Below, piece by piece: positions 1 through 13,839 of a DNA stretch of 64,000 nucleotides. The notes below the pieces were generated by a model that did not search any database, was not told where the DNA came from, and saw nothing but the letters and a program-made list of their open reading frames with translations. The position numbers and the translations under genes are program-made. This DNA is from Camelus ferus (lineage: Eukaryota): contig NC_045697.1 in assembly GCF_009834535.1 (NCBI RefSeq), positions 61,630,001-61,694,000 of the forward strand, written 5' to 3'. Each line of letters begins with the position of its first letter. Position 1 is the first letter of the stretch.

Positions 1-1370
1 GCTACTTAAATATTTAATGAAGAAAGGCAAATGAAACTTGTAATTTTCTCTTTCTCCACTTCAGAAAGGGTTATTACTCAAGGTTTGTGAATTTGTTTAA
101 AAAAAATTTGGCCCCATATGAAATTCTGCACAGTATCTAGCATGTATTAGAAGCTCCATAAATGTGTGAAAAAATGAGTGAATAAATAAATGAAATATAA
201 ACTCCCCAAGCATTGTTTTTGCTCTCAAGCTCTACATAACCTGAAGAGTGGGAGTAAGGATGTGATCTAATTGCAAAATAAAATTGATGTATTCCTAATG
301 ATTTTTTAGATAATAAAGTACAGGTGCAAAGCCTTAAAAAAAAAAAAGAAAGAAATTTACTTTACAATTCCACCTGTTCTAACATTCCTATATCTTTCAG
401 CCAAATTATGTTCACTGTGCACAGAACCTACAAATGATTGCACAGCATGCTTACATTTTAAAGCATAGCTATTATGGAGAAAACAGTCTGCCAAAGATTA
501 ACAAAGCATCTTTTTAAAAAAAAAATTTAAAGAACCTAGGAGACTTTTATGAACAATTGCTTTAACAAAATGAGATATCCACAGCTGCCAATTAGTACAG
601 TGTTAATGAAGGCCAAGCATCGTAAGAATGCTTCTTTATTGCATCTGCCTACACATATTCCTCATTCTCCCTTTCTACCTGGCTGTGGAGATTGGTCCAG
701 TAAAAACATGCTGCAGATGAATTGCTCAGAGGATGTCAGAAGGGAATGTTTCAGAGCACATCCTAACACTATTCTGCAATTGTTATTTTTCATGGGTGTC
801 CACATCCTGGTAATATATCCCTAGATTTGACTGTAATCTTGCCACAGAGCTCACCTGTAGGTCTCATAAACTTGTTTTAGTGTAGCCTTAAGTCACAGAT
901 TCTGTGGAACCAGACAGATAGTACTACCCCATAACATCCATTAGAGAACACATCTGCACTTACATCTACTACTAATAACTGTTTCCACAGGGGAACCACA
1001 TCCTGTCGCATGAAAACATACAACATTACAAGCCACTGGCTGGCCACGTACCTATTGCTTTTGTAATTGGATTAATCATTCCTAATACACACTAGGTTTC
1101 AATTGTCCTTATATCCCCTGGATTCATGACATATTGGGATGTAAAAACAAAGATTGCTTATACTTTGAATGATTAGAGAACTGGTTACTAAATACTGGGT
1201 AACTGTTTTTAGAAGCCTCCCTGGCTTAAAATGTGGAAAATAGATAAATATGAAGTTTTAGGAAATCAGAGGATAGTACAATGATGTATGAACAATAGAG
1301 GTTCTTGCTGTTTCATGTAAGTTAATTAGGACCCATGTTCTGATTGTTTCCAAATGATATGTTAAGGTGA

Positions 1371-1827
1371 TATAGTAGGTTGAATGGTGGTCCTTTAAAA
1401 GATGTGTCCATGTCTTAACCCCTAACCCCATGAATATAACCTTATTTGGAAAGAGGATATTGGCAGATGTAATTAAGTTAAGGACTTTGAGATGATATCA
1501 TCCTGTATTATCCAAGTAAGCCTTAAATCCAATGACAAGTGCCCTTATAAGAGACAGAAGAAAGGACAGACACAAAAAGGAGGAGACCATGTGAAAACAG
1601 AGGCAGAAATAAGAGTTATGCAGATGTAAGCCACAGAATGCCTGGGGCCACCTGAAGCTGGAAGAGACAGGGAAAGATTCTCCCCAACAGCCATCAGAGG
1701 GAGCAAGACCCTGCCAACACCTTTATTTCAGACTTCTCACCTAAAATAAGTGAGAGAATAGATGTCTATTGCTTTAAGCCACAAAGTTTGTAGAAACTTG
1801 CTGTCGTGGCCCTAGGAAACAAGTATA
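1371..1827 (+). mobile_element. MaLR solo LTR, MLT1C-like
   Basis: Begins TATAGTAGGTTGAATGGTGG. Contains CCTTATTTGGAAA...GCAGATGTAATTAAGTTAAGGA, AAATCCAATGACAAGTG and GAAGCTGGAAGAG, and ends CCCTAGGAAACAAGTATA. Length (~460 nt) and motifs fit MLT1C. Confidence 0.85.
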
Positions 1828-1899
1828 GTCATTTTGTAATGAAGACGCAGCATCTGAAAGGCAAGCCCGTGCTTCTGCTTCGAAGTAGGGGGTTCCATT

Positions 1900-3073
1900 A
1901 GGGAGATGCAAAGTCACTGCGAAGCCAAGGACACTTCAGCTTCAGGACCCTCACTTCTGTGAGCCCTTTCCAAGGAGTGGGTACTAGTAATTTCTTCATA
2001 TGATCAGATGTTTTGTACCATCTATGTAAGATATTTGAATCACTATTAGTTAAGATTGCTTTCTCTTTCCACTCCAACTTTTCCACACTCATTTCCCCTT
2101 GTTTTGACGGACTGGAGATCCACAGATGATTTAGGGATCTAGCTAATAGGAAACTGAGATAAGGATACATTTTATTTGGGTTTACTGTGCTATATTTATA
2201 TGGTTCTTATTGATTTGCATGTTGAAGTTATTGTTAAATGTCCTGCTGTAGGAATGATTTCCAAGAACTCCCTCTACTGACAACTGTGTCATCTGACCTG
2301 CTGAGTTGACCCTGAAATGCAAGGCCCATATAACATTATGACAAGGCCATTCCCTGAGACCTCTGACATTAGAAGTACATAATAGAGGAGGAAAAATAAG
2401 GCTTGAAATGTACAAAGCCAGAAGATAGTTAGTCTGAAAATAATTCTTCCAATCATCACATGTGTAAAATTATAAGGACCAATTCTCATTGATGCCTAGT
2501 CAAAATGAAAATTTCTCTTCTGTCAGGAATATACATGACAATGCAGCAAATATTGTTACACATACACTCTACACAATTTTGATGGAAATCACAAGGACTA
2601 GAATGTATTAGCTCCCCTGTGTTGGGTACTAGCCAGAGCAGTCCTGCAAACAGCAAAAACATCTTTGTATGAAGTCACATGTCTCTGCAACCCAACTGTC
2701 AATAATAAAAAAGAAATTGCCATCGACCATGCTAGAGAAAAGCCTCTATACAGAGGCTGTTATCTTTACTGAAATTGATAATACAAAATTGTTGTCAAAC
2801 GAAAGGTGATCAAAAAGCTTGCAGCCAAAATGCGTAGCTAATAAATATGATTACAGAGTTGTGTCAGGTAATAAATTATTGAAAACATACCATTAATTTT
2901 TGAATTGTATAATGTTTCTGATATTTTTTAGCTTTAGGGATTTTTTTTGATCTGTTGTGATTTCTAATGCTAAGTGAATATTCACTTTTGTGCCAAATTT
3001 TATGTTCTTTTCCTTAAAACGTGCCCCTAAATTGTATATGTTTCAGCCCTCACAAAACCTGGATTGGCCCTTG
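1900..3073 (+). mobile_element. hAT DNA-transposon fossil (Tip100 group, Arthur1-like), internally deleted
   Basis: Left part has AGCTTCAGGACCCTCACTT...CTCTTTCCACTCC; right end has TTCAGCCCTCACAAAACCTGGATTGGCCCTTG. A degraded hAT C-terminal dimerisation-like motif (STMLE...VIKKLAAK) lies at ~2723-2829. Confidence 0.6.
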
Positions 3074-4267
3074 CTGCCAGGATATCACATTAGCTTTTTT
3101 AAATACACTAGGGATTTGGGGGGGAAGACAGAGAAATATGCCTTTGAGTTAATAGGAAAAGGAATTCTCTACTTTGGAATATTTTAATTTATATTAAATG
3201 CTTTTGAATATACTTCACTGTTTTGTAGTAGTAATGATGTTATGAAATACTTTCTTTCTTAAGGTTCAGTGTCTTATTATGTATTACTCCAACTTTTTCT
3301 TCAGAGATCTGAAATATGTGCAGCACAGGTGTTAGTGCCAATTTTTAGGTGAGAAGCCAAATTTAGCATTTTGACTCAATGTCTCTGGTCTTCCATGTAA
3401 TGGCTAAACAACAGCTTCTTAGGAGAGAAATTCCAAAAAAAAATCCTTCTCAGATTATATTTCTGAATGCATAAATTTATGTCCAAATACTAATGAAGTG
3501 ATAATCAATTCTTTAGGCAACCATTTCATCTTGTCTGTCTTCTGTTAGTTCAGAAAGGCGATCTGTATCTGATAATTTACATGTATATGCGTGTTTTTCA
3601 TGCTGAGAGGAATATTTAAGATGTTTTATTGTTGGTAGTTATGGTTTGCTCTTCACAGTTCTTCTACCAAAAATCTCATCTGGCATCTCTTGATAAGGGA
3701 GATATGCTCTGATTCCTAAATCTAGCCTTACAGAGGTCTCTTCTAACTGCCTCCCCTACCGTCTTCCCTCCCATCACCGTATGTCTAGTCTGGAGAGAAC
3801 GTGCTCGTGAGCAAAGCTAAGGCACCTCTGAAAGGCCTGGGTGGAAACAGCTGTACAATGCTGTGCACATCCCCTTTGTCACAAAGGTGGAAGGTCACGA
3901 AGAAAGAGAAGAATGTCACTAAATAGGTGATTATTCATTCCCTAAAAAACTATAAACTGGGCTTTCAGTAATGAATTTGTTCTTGATTCCTTAACAGTAC
4001 CTTCATGGCAAACACCTAGATTAGTGTTTGGTTAAATCACTGGGTACTGTAGCCTGGCTACACTGACACAGAAAACTGACCATCCTAGGGAGTATTTTGA
4101 CCATCACTAAGGGTCTTTCTAAAAGGTAAAGGCATTTTGTGAATTTTAGCAATGCATGCTAAAAAAAATTCAGGGAGTGAGTATTTTAGCCATCTACAGA
4201 AAACTTTTCGCATGAACATACAGCCTGTAAAGTTACGGGTTTGCTTAGGTGGGATTTTATATACAAC

Positions 4268-4420
4268 AATGGACCAAAAATCAGAAAACCTGGATTTCAA
4301 CCCAAACACTGCAACTAAACAGGCCACGGGACAATTCCCATCCCCTGCTCTCAGAACCTCAGTTCCTTCAACTGTAAAATGAGGCAGCTGTACTGCATGA
4401 TCTCTAACTCTCCTGCCAGC
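4268..4420 (+). mobile_element. MIR SINE fragment
   Basis: MIR core CCTCAGTTCCTTCAACTGTAAAATGAGG followed by ATGATCTCTAA. Confidence 0.7.
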
Positions 4421-5879
4421 TCGAAAAGGCCATGGTCCTATTATACACATTGGATCACACATATGTCCACAAGAAGCATTGTCTTGGGGCATGCCAGAAA
4501 TAATTTACAGGGATAAAGAAGGCGAGTAGGATGAAGAATAGAAGGATGAAGGGGTGACTTTCTCCCTAGAGGAAAGAGACATTGCTATTTTCTCAGATGA
4601 AGAGGCTATCCTGGAGAAAAGCCTCTCTGCATAGATTTGCAGTCTCCTGGGAGACCACTAAAGAAATTCACAGCTTGCCGGTGTTGCGGCCAGACAGCAA
4701 AGAAAGAAGAGCCAACACCAAGGAAGAAAATGCAAGGAAGGATTAGTTCAACATTTGTTTCCTTGTTACTTAGAGGAATAAATGCACAAAGTCCTTCTTG
4801 TTCTAGCATCACACAAACCCAGTTTTCTAAGATCAGTTGTTTCAAGTCTAGCAAAATCCTATTTGTACAGAGTGGGCCAAGACTAGATTCATTCCAAAAA
4901 AGTGGATTTTGTGAGGAAAAAAAGGAGGGGGGGGGGTGACTGACAAGGTATTCTCATGCTCTGAGCGTCAGGACTAATCTTGAGGCTCCTTCCATTTCGA
5001 CAGCAGCCCGAATCCTGACTTCTGAGAGAGTCAAGGGAGTACCTGTCAGCGCGAAAGGAACTGAAGAGTAGGCAGGAGAGAGGTTTCTCAGAATCTCTGC
5101 TTTCTTGTTGCCTGTGAAATGTGTCACTTCTTTCATTTTGAAGAATCTGGGGATATGGCATTAAATTGGTAAGAATTGTGATATACTAGAAAGTGATACA
5201 GTGCAAAATGAACGCTATTTCTTAAAGTCTGTTTAACCTTTGGATACTAGTGAAGTGCTGAGAGGTGCTGCCACCACAGCACGCCTGTCAGGCAGCTGGA
5301 AAATCACTGTGCTCTTCTACTACTTTCTCAGAGAAAGAAACACATAGTGCCTTAATTAACATAATATTCTTCACAAATATAATTTTGCCAAATGTCGTGT
5401 AAAAGCTATTTGTACCTAGATAAATACATACTCTTAATTCTGCACTGACTAAAATCCTTAGAGACTGAGAACAAATTGATTGATCAGTTGATTGAATAAC
5501 TGAAAATTAACTAGAAAAAATATTCTTATTACCCTTAATAATCTTTCTAAAATTTTCTGTTCAACATCCTGCTTTTGTAAATTGACTATATTGGATGAAT
5601 TTCATCATTCTTCGATAACTGAAATCTTGAAATGTTTTAGATTTTTCACTAGGAAGATTTTTTTTCATTGTGCCACAAGGATGGAAAAACAAACCAAATT
5701 TGGACTTATTTGTGGATTACAGACTGTTGTTAGTATTTTTAAATCACTGCTAAGTACTGATTGATTATGTTAGTCCACCTAAAAATCTACTATTTTTCTC
5801 TCACTCACTAAAGAAAAAAGGATTCTAGTTAATTGCAGTGCCAAATACTGGTTTCTAGATCATCAAATTTTATTCCACT

Positions 5880-6790
5880 TGTATAATCCTAGCAATACCT
5901 CGAGCTTCTAGCCCTCTTCCCTTCTCCTACTCTAATTGTGTTATCTTGCTTATTTCCAAACCTCAACTATCAAAAATGTACCAGTGATGTCCAAATCCAT
6001 TTTTCCAAGCCAGATCTACTTCTGAGTTTTATACCCACAGTTTTGGCTGTCTCGATAGCCATCCCCGCCTTGATGGCCAACCCCACCTTGATATCCCACA
6101 AGCTTCTCTTACAATATATACAAAGCTAAGCTAGACATATTCCCTCCTAAAACTCTCCACCTCTATTCTCTACATTTAATTGTCATACACACCAGAAACT
6201 TAGGAGTTACCCTAGATTCTGCTTCTCTCCACCTCTTTCTATATTTAATTAGTTATTTAATTGGTTATTTGGTTATATTTAACCAGATTTATTTGCTCTT
6301 CAATAACAAAATCAAACCCTTCTTCTTCACCTACTCTGGTACACTACTAATTCAGTACTTATCTCTCACTTGAACTTGCTCCCTTACAATCCATTTTCCA
6401 CAGTATGAATAGAGTGTTATTTACAAAATGAAATAAAATTAAGCATCCTACTGTTTAAAATCTCTTAGTGATATACAGGGTAAAATTCAAACTCATTAAT
6501 GCTGCACATAAGGTTTATCATAATCTGGCTTCTATCCAGATCTTCAGCCTCTTCCCCTTCCAGCTCTCAATAAGCTGTGCTCTCTCATATCTCTTCCATA
6601 CAATAGTGTGCAGTAGAATTGTCTCCTTGAGAAATTCTTGCTTATCATTCAAAGTTCAGGTCAACTAACCTCCCCTAAGAGGCCTTCCCTCACCCTCTAG
6701 CTAGCCTGTCACCCCCTCTTGGTGCTGCCTCTATACTTGGTATGCATTACTATTATGACATATTCCAACTATGCCATTACTTATCATGCA
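5880..6790 (+). mobile_element. Degraded L2 LINE fragments
   Basis: Pyrimidine-rich L2 3'-region motifs such as CCAGAAACTTAGGAGTTACCCTAGATTC, CAATCCATTTTCCACAG and GGCCTTCCCTCACC. Confidence 0.55.
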
Positions 6791-6819
6791 TGTGATCCTC
6801 ACCGCTCCAATCTACTCAA

Positions 6820-8870
6820 AAGTACATTGCTCCAACAATTTTCCTTCTCTAGTTCATCATGCTTTTCCCTCCTTAGTGAATTATATTAAGCATTCATTTT
6901 GTAAAATGTCTCTGCTTAAAAAATGATTCATAACCCCATACACTCCTATAACTATTACCCTATTTTTTCTATCCTCCTTTGCAGCAAAACTTCTTAAATT
7001 ATGCACACTCATTATTTTTTTTTCTCCCCCCATTCATTATAACCATTTTCCAAATTCACCTGTGACCTTTGCATTACTAAGCCAAAAGTCAATTCTCAGC
7101 CCTTATTTTATTGGTTTTATCAGCAGCATTTGACATAGTTGATATCCCTTCTCTTTTTTCAAACTCTCTCTTCACTTGGCTTCTGAGAAAACATCAGCTT
7201 TCCCTACCACACTGGCTTCTATTTCTAAGCCCCTGTGATGATTAATTTTATTTGTCAACTTGACTGGACTAAGGGATGCTCAGATATTTGGTTAAACATT
7301 ATTTCTGGGTATGTCTGTGAGGGTGTTTCTGAAAGATACTAGCATTTGAATTGGTGGGTTGAGTAAAACAGATGGCCCTCCCCAATGTGGATGGGTATCA
7401 TCTAATCTGTTGAGAACCTGAATAGAACAGGAAGGAGAAGGAAGACTGAATTCATTCTCTTCCTGGCTGCTCAGGTGGAACCTGTACCTTTTTTTTCCTG
7501 CTGTACCCATGGTTCTCCAGATTTCAGACCTGAACTGCAATCTACACCATCAGCTGCCTGCCTCTCAGGCCTCTGAATTACACTACCAGCTTTCCTCAGT
7601 CCTTCCTGCTTGCAGACAGCAGATTGTGGGACTTATCCTCCACAATTACATTAGCACATAAATATTGTATCTTCTTGACTTTATTCTCTGGAGAACCCTA
7701 ATATACCCTCCTTTGCTGATCTTCTCTTACCTTCCCGACCTCTGAATGTAGGAGTGTACCAGGACTCTGATGGTCCCCTTCTCTTCTCTATCTATGCCTG
7801 TTCACTTGGCAGCTTCATCTAGCCTCGTGCTTTAAGTACTATCTTTGCACTGACAAATCCTAAACTTACATTTCCTCAGCCAAGATATCTTCCCTGGACT
7901 TCAGATTCATATCCACCTGGTTACTTGATATGTCCATTCAGCTATCTCATGAGTATCTCAAATTTAAATTTTCAAAACTGAGCTTCTTACATCCCTATCC
8001 TGCCATCTTCCAAATTTCAGTTGATGGTAGCACTATTCTTTCTATTGCTCAATTTTTAAAGCCATACTAACACCCTAATTCTTTTTCTCACACTTTATAG
8101 GCAATTTCTCAGCAAATCCTGCAAGTGATACCTTCAAGATATACTCCAAATCTGACCGGCTTCTTGCCACCTTCACTCCGATGCCCTCTCCAAGTTACAC
8201 TTGAATTACTGCAAAAGCCTTCTAACCTTTCACTCTACTTCTATCTCTGGTTACTATGGTTTATTATCAAAATAGCCAAATTGGTTCTATTCAGACATAA
8301 ATCAGAATGTGTCAATACTATCTTTCAATGGCTTCCCAACTCTCTTACATTAAACAGCAGAATCACAGTAAAGCCTAAAAAGGCCTAAACAGTCTGGCCC
8401 CCCATTATCTCTTGGATCTTATTTCCTATCATTGTCTTCTATTTCAGTCACATCAGCCTCTCTCTTGCTCCATGAAAAAGTCAAGATAATCAATGCTTCT
8501 TTGCATTTGCTCTTCTCTGTGCATATAACACACTTCTCTTAGACATTAGCTTGACTCACTCTCTCACCTCCTGGAAGTCTTAGTCAAATGCCACTTTCAC
8601 TGAGACTTTTCCTAAACACCTTATTGATAACTGCAGCCCAATTCCCCCCACCTACCATCACAGTATTCCCTCATCCTTTTTTGTTTCATTTTCCTATGAA
8701 GAAAAACATCCTCTGAATTTCTACACCTTTTATTTATTTGTTTATTGTATCTTCCTCTGTTAGAGTATAAGATCTATGACTTCAGAGCTTTTTGTTGGTT
8801 TTATTTACTATTTCGGTGCCTAGAACCATATAGGCATGGTTCAAAATATTTATTAAATCAATGATGAGTA
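6820..8870 (+). mobile_element. L2 LINE (L2a-like) 3' part, interrupted by an MLT2 LTR
   Basis: L2 RT motif TCAGCAGCATTTGACATAGTTGAT and CCCCTTCTCTTCTCTATCTAT. The L2 3' terminus GTGCCTAG...AAATATTTATTAAATCAATGA is at ~8815-8865. Confidence 0.75.
7234..7705 (+). mobile_element. ERVL solo LTR, MLT2B-like, inserted in L2
   Basis: Starts TGTGATGATTAATTTTATTTGTCAACTTGACTGG, contains GCCCTCCCCAATGTGGATGGG and ends CTCTGGAGAACCCTAATATA. Confidence 0.85.
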
Positions 8871-9494
8871 TATTAAGCTATACATCTTGTCACCTAACTA
8901 AAGATATGATGCGGAGAAAACTTAATAAAAGTAAAATCAGTTTAATGAAAGCTACACAGTGAGTATGCTCTGCAAGGAAGGAGCTGAATATAATGGATAC
9001 AAGGAATAATTTAATATGAAACAGCAACTATCAAACAAGAACCAAAAATATCACTGATTTTCTGTAAATACGGTGTACAACTCCAATAAAGTAGAGGTAT
9101 GTGGGAGAAACTGCAAAAAGAAAAAATATGTGGGATGGAAGGGAGAGTACGATTTTAGTGCTCTGCAGGCTGAGTGGGAAAGCCTTACTTATATAATAAT
9201 TGGATGCAGAGTGGTTTAGAGGGATGCATAATCCCTGAAGTAACGTGCAAAGTGATAAAAGAGATGGAGAAAAGAGGACATGAGGGAAAAGAAGAGGAAA
9301 AACTAAGAGAGCCAGTGATTAGAACAGCATGACTGAGACGTGGAATTAGTGTCTTAATTGGGTAGGGAAATATCAGCAACTCCCTGTGAAAGATAGGTCA
9401 AAATTAAAATCACACTAGTATAATGTTTCTAAATAGCTGTTGTATTTATTTTAATGGCTTAAAAAGACTTTAGATATGAAGTTGACCACAGTGT

Positions 9495-9890
9495 GTGCAT
9501 TAATCAAGAAAGCCTTACTGCTGTAACAAACTACCCCCAAATTTGAAAAGTCTAATCTAATGAAGTTTTTTTTTTCCCACTATATTTTCATCACAGTCTA
9601 GTGAGGGTCACTAGGGGCTCTAATTCATACAGTCATTTAAGGATTCAGGCTTCTTCACCTAGTGACTGTAATTTCTCGGTCCTTGGCGCTCCCAGCTAGA
9701 TCCTCTGTATCTAGCCAAGAGATGAAGAGAGAGTATACAGAGTAGTTCATGAGCCAGTCCTGGAGGAGAGTACATATGCCTACAACCCACTGGCCAGAAT
9801 TCCATCACACAGCCACACAAAACTAAAAGACAGGCTGTGGAATACAGTGTAGTTAAATGCCCAGAAAGACCCAACTAGCCACGTGTCAAA
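9495..9890 (-). mobile_element. Old MaLR LTR (MLT1J/K/L-like) fragment
   Basis: TGCTGTAACAAACTACCCCCAAAT and CATACAGTCATTTAAGGATTCAGGCT resemble reverse-oriented old MLT1 LTRs. Confidence 0.55.
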
Positions 9891-9934
9891 AACTGAAAGA
9901 TCTGAGACTGAAATTTTAACCCACTTGAACACTA

Positions 9935-10330
9935 ATAAGTTAGCCTGACATGCTTTCACAGATGCTGGTAAAGGACATGAGACTCCTGAGTAACAGACAC
10001 AGAATAATTTATTATGTATAGAAATAGAAGTAGCCAGAGTATTGGCAGTTTGGGGGGTCAGTCCACAGGGTAATGGGAAAAGGTTCAGATGATGCCTGCA
10101 ACAGATTGTATTACAGGAGAGAAAGCATAAGCTTACAGAATCCAAATTTTTTATAATGGGTAGGGAATCATACTTGACCTTTGCTGTAGAGAGAAATGCT
10201 AGCCCATCTTCCATTGTTGAATGTTATACAAACATCTTTGAAAAGATGGTGCAGAACAGACAGTGGTCAGTGCCTCACATGCAAGGTATACAGAAACACA
10301 AAAGACCCATGGATAATTGTCCCAAAGAAC
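9935..10330 (-). mobile_element. ERVL-class solo LTR (MER76/MER77-like, subfamily uncertain)
   Basis: GAGACTCCTGAG...TTTATT, TATACAAACATCTTTGAAAAGAT and terminal GACCCATGGATAATTGTCCC match the reverse complement of this LTR group. Confidence 0.6.
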
Positions 10331-10999
10331 TACATGTAATAAAATAGTTCTCAATTACTCAATTACTTAAGGTAACTGAGCAAGTTATGTCTAATGAGCT
10401 ATTAACATCTTGACATGTCTGAAAATGTGTCCTAAAACTCTTAATATTATATTGTTACCCAGATTAATCCGGATTCAGAGGAACCACGCTCCACCTATCT
10501 TCATGAAAGTGAAGAAAAGCAAGAGTAGTTGCAAAATTCACAAGTATATGCTTTGTGGTAAACAGATTATCAAAGAAGAAAAATCTGATTTTATGTAACT
10601 AATAATTACTAATAACTAATAACAATTTTATGTAACTAATAATTTCCATATTATTATTCTGTATTGTATGGCTGAACAGAATTATCTGTAAATTTACTTT
10701 GTACTGAAAATTTTATATTATTGCCCCAGTACTTAAAATGATAAAGCAAACAAATCCTTGAATCAAGATTAGGCATAAAATGTACCATTTAGGAAAAGCA
10801 CATTATCATGTGATGAGATGCTGAAGTGACCAAAGGAGATAGCATATATCTGGATATGCCTAAACATACATGCTAATTTTTTTTTTTTAAATGTAATCTC
10901 TTGGGGCACTTTGGTCTACCAGGAAAAGTACTGATACTAGGTTTAAAAAAATTATTTAAGCTTATTCCAAAACTACCTACTTGTTTATATTCAAATTTG

Positions 11000-11520
11000 T
11001 TTCATTCAGCCAACATTTATTGAGCAGAAAACATACACAGATACTAGGCTAAACACGGGAGCTGAAACAGTAAGCCACCATTGTAGACTTCAGAGATCCC
11101 AGTTTGGGAGACATACTTATAATTACAATGCACTATAATAATATGGGCAGAGTGATATAGCAAATGCTATAATAATGATAGAGACAGCTGTTAAACATAA
11201 TGGAAAGAAAAGCAAACTCTTTACTCTTTATGTGAGGATCTCATCACTAATTCGTGGGAGTCTTCACAGGAGTGACACTGGAACTTAGTTATTAAAGATA
11301 AATTGGAGATTCCCAAAAGGACAGTGTGGAAATAAATTACAAAAAGATTGATATGAAGAACAGATGGAATGAAAAGATGTGCTGTGAAAGGACAGAAGTC
11401 AGTTCCTGATGATAGAAACTTTTAAGGGTTGGGGAAAACATCCTGTGAGATGGGACTGTGATTGGGACTAGATTTTGATGAGCCTTGATTGCAAAAGAAA
11501 GAGGTTTGGATTTATACTGA
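11000..11520 (-). mobile_element. L2 fragment
   Basis: Reverse L2 3' end TTCATTCAGCCAACATTTATTGAGC and GAGGTTTGGATTTATACTGA. Confidence 0.55.
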
Positions 11521-11774
11521 TAGCAGTAAGGAAGCAGGTGATATTTTATTCCTGGTCCTACTGAACGCAAGCCTTAGGCTCAAACTAATTATGTTCATCA
11601 GTTTGAAGTTCAGTTTGTCATTGCCATTTGCACCACAACTTTTAAACTTTTGCTTATTTATATTTCAACAAATACTTACTGAATGCCAGATGCTGTGCTA
11701 GGTGCTAGGGGACCCACCTGTCCCCTGTGGAGTAACTAAGGTATGATTTCTGCCTTTAAAAAGTTTACAACCTA

Positions 11775-13522
11775 ACAGAGGGAACATATTTCAACATAAT
11801 AAAGGCCATGTATGATGAGCCCACAGCTAATATCAGTGGTTAAAAGCTGAAAGTATTTCCTATAAGATCAGGAACAAACAAGGATGCCCACTCTCACCAT
11901 CTTTATTCAACATAGCATTGGAATTCCTAATCACAGAAATCAGAAAAGAAAAAGAAATAAAAGAAATCCAAGTTGGAAAGAAACAAGTAAAACTCTCACT
12001 GTTTGCAAATGACATGATACTATACATAGAGAATCCTAAAGATGCTGCCAAAAAACTTCTAAAGCTCATCAGTAAATGTGGTAAAGTTGAGACTGGAGAT
12101 ATCACGTTCCCTCACTTCAGACTATACTACAAAGCTACAGTAATCAAAACAGTATGGAAGTGGCACCAAAAAAAGAAAACACATAGATCAATGGAGTTCT
12201 ATGAATAGAGGACCCAGAAATAAACTCACACACTTATGGTTCATTAATCTATGACAAAGGAGACAAGAATATACAATGGAGAAAAGACAGTTTCTTCAAT
12301 AAATGGTGCTAGTAAAACTGGACTGCTACATTTAAAAGAAAGAAATTAGAACATTTTCTCACATCATATACAAAAATAAACTCAAAATGGATTAAAGAAC
12401 TAAATGCAGGAACAGAAACCATAAAATTTCTAGAAGAAAATATAGACAGAACACTCATTGACATAAATCATAGCAAGATTTTTTGGATCTGCCTCCAAAG
12501 GCAAGGGAAACAAAAGCAAACATAAACAAATGGGACCTAATAAAACATAAAAGCTTTTGCACAGCAAAGAAAACTATCAGCAAAATGAAAAGACAACCTA
12601 CTGAATGGAAGAAAATATTTGCAAATGATATGACCAATAAGGGGTTAATATCCAAAACATATAAACAGCTTATACAACTCAACATCAAAAAAATGTTGAC
12701 CCAATTAAAGAATGGGCAGAAGAACTGAATAAACATTTTTCCAAAGAAGACATACATATGGACAACAGGTAAATGAAAAGATGTTCAACATCATTAATCA
12801 TCAGAGAAATACAAATCAAAACTATAATGAGATATCACCTCACACCTGTCAGAATGGTTATCATCAAAAAGACCACAGGTAACAAATGTTGGTGACGATG
12901 TGGAGAAAAGGGAACCCTCGTATATTTTTGGTGAGAGTGTAAGGTTGGTGCAGCCACTGTGGAAAAACATTTAGTTGTTCCTCAAAAAACTAAAAACAGA
13001 ACTACCATGTGATCCAGCAATTCCACTCCTGGGTATACATCCAAAGAAAACAAAAACATTAATTCAAAAAGATACATGCACCCCATTGTTTATATAATAG
13101 CATTATTTACAACAGCCAGGATATGGAAACAACTTAAGCATCCATCAACAGATAAATGGATAAAGAAAATATGGTATAGATGTACAATGGAATATTACTC
13201 AAGCATAAAAAATAATGGAATTTTGCCATTTACAACAACATAGATTTGGAAGATATTATGTCTAGTGAAATTAACATAATACTCACAAACTAGTAGTGAC
13301 CACTGGAAAGAGAGGAGGGAGGAGAAACAAGACAGGGGAAGAAAATTAAGAGGTACAAACTGCTACGTATAAAATAAATAAGGTACAAGGATATACTGTA
13401 CAGCACTAGGGAATAATCCAATATTTTATAATAACTATAAATGGAATATAACCTTTAAAATTTTTGTATCACTAGGTTGTAAACTGAAACATATAATATT
13501 GTAAATCCACTATACTTCAATA
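11775..13522 (+). mobile_element. 5'-truncated L1 (ORF2 3' half plus 3' UTR) with internal deletion
   Basis: ORF2 peptides [15 protein letters not shown] and [13 protein letters not shown]. 3' end ...CACTATACTTCAATAAAAAA. 17-bp TSD AAAAAGTTTACAACCTA (11758-11774) / AAAAAGTTCACAACCTA (13523-13539) at a TTT/AAAA endonuclease site. Confidence 0.95.
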
Positions 13523-13839
13523 AAAAAGTTCACAACCTACTTTCTATAATAAATCCAAAAATACATTTAAAAATAAAGGAAGGAAGTAATGAGTGAATAA
13601 CATGGTAATTCAGTGCTGTGAGACAAGGTATCACAAGAGTGCATAATGGGGGACCAGGGAAAAGACCCAACAAAAAGTTGAGTCCCAGAGACTAAGAAGT
13701 GAGGGCCATGTAGAGAGGGAAAAAGCATGTTCAAAACAATGCAATGGAATCTCCCTGGGTGAGGAGCCAAAGAGTCTTCAAGGGAGCAACAGAGACAGAT
13801 GAGTAAACTCGGAACTGGCTTGGCCAAATGTCCTGGCCC

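Noticed and set aside
10588..10645. Short direct repeats (TTTTATGTAACTAATAATT twice)
   Set aside because: A local slippage duplication with no spacer array, so not CRISPR-like.
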